This document shows, piece by piece, positions 10,140 through 17,508 of a DNA stretch of 64,000 nucleotides (position 1 is its first letter; the number at the start of each line of letters is the position of its first letter). Below the pieces are notes generated by a model, which was given only the letters and a program-made list of their open reading frames with translations, was not told where the DNA came from and ran no database searches. The DNA is from Candidatus Kapaibacterium sp. (GTDB lineage: Bacteria; Bacteroidota; Ignavibacteria; Kapaibacteriales; Kapaibacteriaceae). The translations under genes were made by a program, and so were the position numbers. The stretch is from contig JBIJAX010000005.1 of the NCBI GenBank assembly GCA_044345485.1, positions 1,985 to 65,984 on the forward strand, in the 5' to 3' direction.

Positions 10140-10760
10140 TTATTCAGTACCAAAGAGCCTGTCGCCAGCATCACCTAAGCCAGGGACGATGTAGCCAACG
10201 TTGTTAAGCTGACGGTCTAGCGCAGCAATAACAATGTGCGCATCGGGATGTGCGCTCTCAACAGCAGTAATACCTTCGGGAGCTCCTATCAGGCAGGCAA
10301 CGAGTATCTTTTGATGAGGCAGGGGGCTTAGCAGATCTAGCGTGGCAACCATGCTTCCACCAGTTGCGAGCATAGGGTCTATAACGATGAACGTTGTGCT
10401 GGCATCAGAAGGTGGAAGATTTCGATAGTACTCATTTGGCTGCAGCGTTTCTTCGTTGCGTTTCAGTCCGATGAAGCCAACACTCGCAATAGGACACAGC
10501 AAAAGAAATGGTTCAAGCAGTCCCATCCCAGCGCGCAGGATTGGCACGATAACAACGTTACCACTGATAACGTCAACGGTGGTTGTTTCCAGCGGAGTAG
10601 TTACCTGCTGCGGAGTAGACGGCAGATGCTTGAGCGTCTCGGAAGCAATATGGAGGCCTATGCGGTGAACGGCCGAACGAAACACATCAATGTGTGTGTC
10701 CTGCGATCTGATCGTTGCCAGATCTTGGGACAGCGCCGTACCCGACAGAACAGTTGTCAT
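10140..10760 (-). CDS. upp: Uracil phosphoribosyltransferase
   Basis: …VIVPILRAGMGLLEPF…, PRPP loop …VIDPMLATGGS…, and C-terminal …YIVPGLGDAGDRLFGTE, all typical of Upp. Confidence 0.9.
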   Translation of the reverse strand: MTTVLSGTALSQDLATIRSQDTHIDVFRSAVHRIGLHIASETLKHLPSTPQQVTTPLETTTVDVISGNVVIVPILRAGMGLLEPFLLLCPIASVGFIGLKRNEETLQPNEYYRNLPPSDASTTFIVIDPMLATGGSMVATLDLLSPLPHQKILVACLIGAPEGITAVESAHPDAHIVIAALDRQLNNVGYIVPGLGDAGDRLFGTE

Positions 10761-10762
10761 CG

Positions 10763-12436
10763 TTAAAACTTGGGGTAGAATAACAACGTAAGCCGAGGGA
10801 CAGCGTAGATCGTTGTTACATCGGCAATCTCCTGCGACAACGACGCCTTGCCTGTTGCAGGGTTTAGATATCTGTGCAGGTACACACCTTCTCCTGGCTT
10901 TGCAGGGTCTTCCTGAATTCTGCCTTCTGCAAGAGCAACCCTGAGCGCCTCGTCTTTCGGCAGACCATTCGGGTTAAACCATTTGGTAGAGATCTCGCCA
11001 TCGATCACAGGGAACGAACTTGTAACCATCCCGGTCTGCGTTCCCATGATAATGTCGAAGCGAACATTCACCATTGGATAAAACGTACCAAACGACGTCG
11101 GTATGGAAACACCAGCACCAATACCGGCGATAACGCCGAAGCGGGAGGTTGTTGTTATTCCATCGTTGGTGTGCGCGTAGGTAACACCAGTCTGTGGAAG
11201 GAAGTTGACCTTATTGTATGGGTTAAGCGCATAGAGCATGGATAGCTCTGCAATGTTCGTAACGATAGGGGGTAGGTTGTAAGCCGCACGCTCGCCTTCG
11301 TTCTTGGTGTAGAGATACGTACCCTCAAACAGGAATCGCGGAGTGAGCTGATACGCGATTGTTGCTCCCAATGCAGACAGAGACGGATAGGAGAACGAGG
11401 CAACGGTATCCTGGGTAACCTCTCGCCAGCGCATTGGCACGTTTTCTCCAAGTGCACGCTGGTAGAGCTGACGGAATGTTCTGCGCTCTGTGATCGTGTT
11501 GGAGCCCAAAGTGATGCCAAAGCCGAGAACGCGCGGCTTTACAAGTCGCTCGTAGGCGGCGGAATCTGCTGAGTAGGCATCCATCGCATACTCGTAGTCT
11601 GAGTCGCGTTCATAGTCGTCTTCGTTCGGGACCCGTGGCTGTGCCTGCAAGCTGATGCACGTGCACGCAAGAAGAAGTGCTAATCGAAAAAGTTGTTTTG
11701 CTGTTGCTGTTGTGGCTGATTGAACTTCCGTAAACGTCATTGAACGTATCTCCGCGATTTTTTCTGCAACTAGTCGCACATAGGATGGCTCATTGCGCTT
11801 GCCTCTATGCGGAACGGGGGTCATGTACGGCGAATCTGTTTCGATCATAAATCTGTCTACCGGCACACGTTCTACTACCTCGTGTAGTGTGAACTTCTTA
11901 AACGTGATGTTCCCAGTAAAAGAAACATGCATGCCTAGCGAAAGTGCCCGATCAAGTACCAGTGTGTTACTCGAAAAGCAGTGCAGAACACCTCGAAGTC
12001 TGCCATCTTGTTCTTGTTCGAGAATGTCAAGAACATCCTGGTCTGCATCTCGATTATGAATGATCACCGGCAGATCGTGCGTTTTTGCTATGCGAAGCTG
12101 CTCGCGAAAGTACAATTTCTGCACGTCAGGTGTACAGAAGTCGTAATAGTAGTCAAGCCCGATTTCTCCAATTGCTACCACTTTTTGCTCACCGCACTGG
12201 GCCTCAACGTTGTCAATGTCAGTGTGATCAATCTGGCCCGCATGGTGAGGATGAATCCCTACTCCGCGGAAGAGACGATCATGCTGATCAACAACCTGCT
12301 TTAAATGCCCACGGGCTTGTGGTGTAATGTCGGGAACGATAATCGCTTCCACGCCCGCATCAAACGCTCGTTGAAGCACGTCGTCGCGATCAGCATCAAA
12401 TGCCTCTGTGTCGATGTGCGCGTGCGTGTCAATCAT
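10763..12436 (-). CDS. TatD-family metal-dependent hydrolase (aa 1-~252) continuous in frame with a signal-peptide-like segment and an outer-membrane beta-barrel-like domain (aa ~253-557)
   Basis: MIDTHAHID… start, …GEIGLDYYY…, …VIIHNRDA…, …ETDSPYM…, and the TatD C-terminal helix …ATTATAKQLF. The frame then continues as LALLLACTCISLQAQP…, alternating strands, and terminal …LTLLFYPKF. See findings. Confidence 0.8.
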   Translation of the reverse strand: MIDTHAHIDTEAFDADRDDVLQRAFDAGVEAIIVPDITPQARGHLKQVVDQHDRLFRGVGIHPHHAGQIDHTDIDNVEAQCGEQKVVAIGEIGLDYYYDFCTPDVQKLYFREQLRIAKTHDLPVIIHNRDADQDVLDILEQEQDGRLRGVLHCFSSNTLVLDRALSLGMHVSFTGNITFKKFTLHEVVERVPVDRFMIETDSPYMTPVPHRGKRNEPSYVRLVAEKIAEIRSMTFTEVQSATTATAKQLFRLALLLACTCISLQAQPRVPNEDDYERDSDYEYAMDAYSADSAAYERLVKPRVLGFGITLGSNTITERRTFRQLYQRALGENVPMRWREVTQDTVASFSYPSLSALGATIAYQLTPRFLFEGTYLYTKNEGERAAYNLPPIVTNIAELSMLYALNPYNKVNFLPQTGVTYAHTNDGITTTSRFGVIAGIGAGVSIPTSFGTFYPMVNVRFDIIMGTQTGMVTSSFPVIDGEISTKWFNPNGLPKDEALRVALAEGRIQEDPAKPGEGVYLHRYLNPATGKASLSQEIADVTTIYAVPRLTLLFYPKF

Positions 12437-12909
12437 GCAGCCCCTTGAAGCTCGTGCAGGGCATTAACAACGGCATCGACGTGCCCGGGAACTTTAACCT
12501 TCTCAAAAACTCTGGCGATCTTGCCCTTGGGGTCGATGATATACGTTGTGCGTTCAACACCCATGTATTTCCGTCCGTACATCGACTTCTCTTTCCAGAC
12601 GTCATAGTCGGTGCAGGTTTGTTTCTCTGGGTCTGAGAGGAGTGGGAAGTTTAGATCGAATTTTGTCTTGAACGAGTCATGCGACTTTACACTGTCTGGG
12701 CTAACCCCAACGACATGCACGCCTTCGGCTGCAAGCTTGTTCATGGAATCGCGGAAATCGCATGCTTCTGCGGTGCAGCCAGATGTTGAATCTTTGGGGT
12801 AGAAGTAGAGCACCAGCCAAGACGCTTTGAATGATGCCAGCGAGATCGTGCCGCCGCCGTCTGTTGATCCTTTGAACGACGGTGCCTTTGTTCCTTCTGC
12901 AAGTGCCAT
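12433..12909 (-). CDS. bcp: Thioredoxin-dependent thiol peroxidase (Bcp-type peroxiredoxin)
   Basis: …WLVLYFYPKDSTSGCTAEACDFRD… active-site motif. Typical length of 158 aa. Confidence 0.9.
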   Translation of the reverse strand: MALAEGTKAPSFKGSTDGGGTISLASFKASWLVLYFYPKDSTSGCTAEACDFRDSMNKLAAEGVHVVGVSPDSVKSHDSFKTKFDLNFPLLSDPEKQTCTDYDVWKEKSMYGRKYMGVERTTYIIDPKGKIARVFEKVKVPGHVDAVVNALHELQGAA

Positions 12910-12910
12910 G

Positions 12911-14596
12911 TTACTTCCTTGGCGCAGATGCGCGCCGCGCTGAAAAGAGTTCGATAAGCGTCTGCTCCAGAGGAATAAGGTCCTCGGAGCGTGCCGTGCT
13001 TGCTAACGCAGGCTCCGACGGCGATGTTCCCATCTCGTTGGTTGGTGTCTGCGCAGGGGATTGTGGGGCAGGATTCTGTCGTGGACGCACGAGGTGCACG
13101 CCGATCGAGGTTCCGTATGTGCCCAGGAGGTATTCTTTAAGCTGCTGGAGTTTGTCTTCGAGTCTATGATAGACAATCTCTGCTTGTGGACGTAGAATAA
13201 TGCCAACGTCTGTCATGTCCACGGCGAGCACATTCTGTTTAACTGCAGTCTGTACAAAGCTGAGATGTTCCGGTAGGGACTCGATCCACTGCGACCAGCG
13301 TTTTGCAAGATTGCCAGAGCTCAGAGAACTCACAGGCTTTTCCTGCGTCTTCATAATCACCGGTGTGCCAAGCCTCACGGGTATGGGTTGAGCCATTGCC
13401 ACGCCCCCTACCACCTGCGTTGATGCATGTGGCGGAACAGTAGGCGGTATGGTTGGTGCATTGAGCATGGCGAGCACATTGCCGAGGTCAACGGTGGAAT
13501 CCATCGCTGCCAGCTGCACCAATGTGAATTCGAAGCGGATACGGGGCTGCGGAGGATTCTGCCGAAGGACGGCCTCGCCCTGGGTGATTAGCGTCATGAT
13601 GCGCAGCACGTCAGCCTTTGTGAAGATTCCTGCTGCAGTCTTATAGCGTTCAAGATCTGAGCCAGATGCATCGATCAGATCCGTGCCGCCGGTGGTTATC
13701 ACCGTGAGCATGTTGCGGAAGTGCTCGAGCAAGCCGAGGAGACATTCCTGCAGGTCGTATCCACGCTGCACGACTGTGCGCGCATGCGTGAACATTGTTG
13801 GAATGTCGTGAGCGGTTATTGCATCGCTGAGCTGGAAGTAAAACTCCGTGTCGATCAGATGAAGTGCGTTACTCACCTCTGTCGAGGTAATGGTTGTGCC
13901 GCAGAACGATACAACCTGATCCAGAATGGACTGAGAGTCGCGCATCGACCCATCTGCCTTCTTGGCAATCGATACCAGCGACGACTCATCGATCGAAATA
14001 CCCTCTTTCGACGTGATGTGCCGAAGATGATTCGTGATCGTCTCGATTTCCATGCGCCTAAAGTCAAACCGCTGACACCTGCTCAGGATTGTCGCCGGCA
14101 CCTTATGGATTTCGGTAGTGGCAAAGACAAAGATCAGGTGGGCAGGGGGCTCTTCGAGCGTTTTGAGCAGGGCGTTGAAGGCCGACGTCGAGAGCATGTG
14201 TACTTCGTCGATGATATACATCTTGTACTTGCCCACAACGGGAGCGTATTTGGCATTATCCCGCAGCTTGCGGACGTCCTCAACAGAGTTGTTGGATGCA
14301 CCGTCGATCTCGATGATGTCTACACTGCGCCCTTCAAGCATGTCTGTACAGGAGGCGCATGCATTGCAGGGTTCATAGTTAACGCTGTTTGTGCAGTTAA
14401 GCGCGCGCGCAAGGATGCGCGCACACGTTGTTTTGCCAACACCCCGGGGCCCGGTAAACAGATATGCATGATGCACACGCTGTTTTGCTATGGCATTTTT
14501 CAGCGTTGTTGTAATATGCTCCTGCCCGACGACGTCTTCGAACCGTAGAGGACGCCATTTTCGGGCCGTGACGATGTATCGTTGTTCTTCTGCCAT
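12911..14596 (-). CDS. dnaX: DNA polymerase III subunit gamma/tau
   Basis: …ARKWRPLRFEDVVGQEHI…, Walker A GPRGVGKTT, zinc module CNACASC, DEVHML. The first ATG is at 14596. The ORF-track start at 14617 is a TTG extension of 7 codons. Confidence 0.9.
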   Translation of the reverse strand: MAEEQRYIVTARKWRPLRFEDVVGQEHITTTLKNAIAKQRVHHAYLFTGPRGVGKTTCARILARALNCTNSVNYEPCNACASCTDMLEGRSVDIIEIDGASNNSVEDVRKLRDNAKYAPVVGKYKMYIIDEVHMLSTSAFNALLKTLEEPPAHLIFVFATTEIHKVPATILSRCQRFDFRRMEIETITNHLRHITSKEGISIDESSLVSIAKKADGSMRDSQSILDQVVSFCGTTITSTEVSNALHLIDTEFYFQLSDAITAHDIPTMFTHARTVVQRGYDLQECLLGLLEHFRNMLTVITTGGTDLIDASGSDLERYKTAAGIFTKADVLRIMTLITQGEAVLRQNPPQPRIRFEFTLVQLAAMDSTVDLGNVLAMLNAPTIPPTVPPHASTQVVGGVAMAQPIPVRLGTPVIMKTQEKPVSSLSSGNLAKRWSQWIESLPEHLSFVQTAVKQNVLAVDMTDVGIILRPQAEIVYHRLEDKLQQLKEYLLGTYGTSIGVHLVRPRQNPAPQSPAQTPTNEMGTSPSEPALASTARSEDLIPLEQTLIELFSARRASAPRK

Positions 14597-14607
14597 AGGG
14601 GTAGTCG

Positions 14608-17508
14608 TTGCGAACAAGCAATCTGCTAAATCGAACCGCCATGCACAAACAGACTTACACTCATATTGTCCACTTTCTCATCGTATGCCTCTGCACAAGC
14701 TCTTTGCAGGTTGCAGCACAGCGAGATATCAGCACTGTGGCTATTAGCTCGGGCGGACGCACCTCGGAGGTGGTTAGCCAGCATGTTGTCGTCCGATTTC
14801 GACAAGCACGCAGCATAATCGATGCCCAGCATGTTCTCCCTCCAGGTTTTGAGGTTGTTGAGCAGCTGCTGCCGCCCAGTCAGACGCAGTTCTTCCGAAC
14901 ACAGACAATGGCGCTGAGGCCGCTGCAGAGTAGTTCCTCGGACTTGTATTCGGCAGAGGAGCGGCTTACGCGGACGTTCGTGGTCGGGTTTACGGGTCCG
15001 GCAAGCCCCTTGCATATCGCTCAGGTACTCACCTCAAAACATGCTACCAGCATCGAGATTGCCGAGCCATGGTATGTAGCCGCTGTGCAGAGCGCTCCAA
15101 ATGACCCCGAAATCGGCAACCAGTTTTTTTTGAAGACCATCAAGGCCTTTGAAGCATGGGACGTTTACCAAGGGGCTGATTCGGTGATAATAGGGATTAG
15201 CGATGATGGCATTCGCCAAGATCATGAAGATCTGGCACCAAACATTGCCGTAAACACGAAAGAGATACCTGATAATGGTGCTGATGACGATGGCAACGGC
15301 TATATCGATGATTACAATGGCTACAACTTTGCCTACCAGATAGATGGTACGCAGCCCGGAAGCACAACAAGCACTCAGTCGTATGGTCATGGAACCAAGG
15401 TTGCGGGTTTAGCAAGTGCGGCCACTGATAACGGCAAGGGCATTGCCGGCATGGGGTATAAGTCACGGTTCTTTCCGATGAAGACGGCCAAGCGCACAGG
15501 GGGCGGGATCATCTTTGGATATCAGTCGTTGATTTATGCTGCGCAGCGCGGTTTTCGTGTTGTAAATACAAGCTGGGGTGTTGTGAAGCCGTTTTCCCAG
15601 ATTGATCAGTCGGTTATTGACTATTGCGTTGCAAGCAACGTGCTGATTGTTGCTTCAGGGGGCAATCATGGTCAGGACGAAGTGGCAGCCGCGTGGCGCT
15701 TGGTGAACTTTCCTGCCGGATATCGTGGGGTGCTTGGCGTTGGTGAGACAACGGTTGACGATCTCATTGTCCCAACGAGTGGCATTGGTGTGAATTCCGA
15801 TGTGTATGCCCCCGGTTATGAAGCCTACACCACCGAGGCTCCAGATGGGTACACGTCGTTTGGAATTCAAGGTACGTCGTTTGCATCGCCAATCGTTGCT
15901 GGGCTGGCTGGTTTAGTTCGGGGCAAGTGGCCGAATCTTACGCCGATGGAAACTGCTGAGCACATTCGCGCAACATCTGATGATATTTCAATTTCCAACA
16001 GTACGCTGAGTGACTTTGTCCCGAAAAGAGTCAACGCCGAGCGCGCACTGATCGCTGAGCCCTTTGCCCGTCCGGGTGTTCGCATCACAGGAAGCACAGT
16101 TCGGCTTGCTCGAACAGGTGAGTCTCGATACCGTGTTGGTGATACGGTAGAATTGGTACTTCGGCTTACGAACTACCTGGCGGATGTGAATTTGGAGACT
16201 ATGCTGCGGGTTGTTGATCCCAACGGCTGGGATCTCGGCATTGTCAACGAGGGTCAGGTAGTAGGTTCAATGCCCAGGGGAAGCGTGAAGACAATGCTGC
16301 CGATTACGCTTATTGTGCGAGCAGTTGGAACAGGCGACTGTGTGCTGGGGCTCGTGATGAGCGGCACGAACTATGAAGACCGGGATTTCGTGATGGTCTC
16401 GCCCCCTACCTCGATGAACCGCTTTGAAAACGACAGGCTCATCTATGCAATGTCGGACGATGGTATGGTTGGCTATTCAGCGCCATTCGATCCGAAGTAT
16501 GGAGATGGGTTTGGTTGGAAACCGAGTTACTCAATGCTGTCATCCGGCGGTCTCTTTGCGCAAACTCAGGGAACGCTGTCGGTTTCTGCCTACAAGAATG
16601 ATCCTCCTTTTGCATCGGACTTTCTTACGTCCAAACCGTTCGGACGTGCTCCCGAGCCGTCGGCGTGCGTGATGTCTGACTCGCTGGCATTCCAGCCGAT
16701 CGGCATGCAGGTTACACAGGATTGTAAGTTTATCAGCCCAACGGCCTCATCTACAGTCTGGAATGTAAAGATCCAACCATCACGTGCTGATGCGCCCCTT
16801 TCCAACATTGGACTTGGCTATGTGTTTGACTGGGACCTGGGTCCTGGCGGCGCGGATAATCGTATCGTCCATGATACTGAGTGTATCCCTTCAAGTGCAA
16901 GGGGCCAGCAGAGCGCAGGCTTTGTCGTGAGCAGGGACGGATACCCCGTGGCGTTGTGCGTTGCTGCAGTTGGGTCGAAGCCCACGGATGCCGCACAAGC
17001 GGCATGTATGCTGCTCGATGAGATTGTCGACGATGGCGATGGCTTTTCGTCGTCCGATAGAATTCAGCTCCTTACACGCGGCACCACGATACAAACACCA
17101 AATACTGGCGATGTTGCAGGCTCCATCGGTATGCTGCGTCCTGGTGCGGTTTCGTCTGCCGAACCATTTGTCTTCCGCGTTGTCATCGGGGTTGGAGCAA
17201 CCGTAGACGCAGCACGCACAGCCGTTCGCGAAGCAATCGATGCAACGACCTCTGTTGCAGAATATCCCTTGGGGCTCGTTCACATGTGGCCGAATCCAAC
17301 ATCAGGGGATGTGCATGTTGAACCGATTGAAAACATCGAACGCATTGACGTTGTTGATGCAGCAGGCCGAATGGTTGTGCGGCAGAACATGGTAGGTTTT
17401 GAGGTATCTACCATAGCCACATCCAACCTGATGGCTGGCGCATATCAGGTAGTGTTCTACAATCGCAATGGGTCTGTTGATCGCGTTGCAACACTTATTC
17501 GTCAATGA
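14608..17508 (+). CDS. S8 (subtilisin-family) serine peptidase with N-terminal propeptide-like region, ~400-aa unassigned middle region and T9SS C-terminal sorting domain
   Basis: Triad contexts IGISDDG (Asp), YGHGTKVAG (His), QGTSFASPIVAG (Ser), and oxyanion GGNHG. Asp-rich Ca-binding-like insert DNGADDDGNGYIDDYNGYNF. C-terminal …WPNPTSGDVHV…GAYQVVFY… . The start is either TTG 14608 (AGGGG 7 nt upstream) or ATG 14641. Confidence 0.85.
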   Translation: MRTSNLLNRTAMHKQTYTHIVHFLIVCLCTSSLQVAAQRDISTVAISSGGRTSEVVSQHVVVRFRQARSIIDAQHVLPPGFEVVEQLLPPSQTQFFRTQTMALRPLQSSSSDLYSAEERLTRTFVVGFTGPASPLHIAQVLTSKHATSIEIAEPWYVAAVQSAPNDPEIGNQFFLKTIKAFEAWDVYQGADSVIIGISDDGIRQDHEDLAPNIAVNTKEIPDNGADDDGNGYIDDYNGYNFAYQIDGTQPGSTTSTQSYGHGTKVAGLASAATDNGKGIAGMGYKSRFFPMKTAKRTGGGIIFGYQSLIYAAQRGFRVVNTSWGVVKPFSQIDQSVIDYCVASNVLIVASGGNHGQDEVAAAWRLVNFPAGYRGVLGVGETTVDDLIVPTSGIGVNSDVYAPGYEAYTTEAPDGYTSFGIQGTSFASPIVAGLAGLVRGKWPNLTPMETAEHIRATSDDISISNSTLSDFVPKRVNAERALIAEPFARPGVRITGSTVRLARTGESRYRVGDTVELVLRLTNYLADVNLETMLRVVDPNGWDLGIVNEGQVVGSMPRGSVKTMLPITLIVRAVGTGDCVLGLVMSGTNYEDRDFVMVSPPTSMNRFENDRLIYAMSDDGMVGYSAPFDPKYGDGFGWKPSYSMLSSGGLFAQTQGTLSVSAYKNDPPFASDFLTSKPFGRAPEPSACVMSDSLAFQPIGMQVTQDCKFISPTASSTVWNVKIQPSRADAPLSNIGLGYVFDWDLGPGGADNRIVHDTECIPSSARGQQSAGFVVSRDGYPVALCVAAVGSKPTDAAQAACMLLDEIVDDGDGFSSSDRIQLLTRGTTIQTPNTGDVAGSIGMLRPGAVSSAEPFVFRVVIGVGATVDAARTAVREAIDATTSVAEYPLGLVHMWPNPTSGDVHVEPIENIERIDVVDAAGRMVVRQNMVGFEVSTIATSNLMAGAYQVVFYNRNGSVDRVATLIRQ

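Noticed and set aside
13721-14548. 275-aa ORF on the plus strand inside dnaX
   Set aside because: It is antisense to a confidently identified dnaX. The translation is Cys/Arg-rich with no motifs, which is typical of a shadow ORF in the complementary frame of a real gene.
12911-14596. Possible programmed -1 frameshift site in dnaX (as in E. coli A-AAA-AAG)
   Set aside because: On a visual scan of the coding strand I found no A-AAA-AAG-type slippery heptamer followed by a hairpin. The closest string is G-AAA-AAT near 14505. I cannot exclude other mechanisms without a computational scan.
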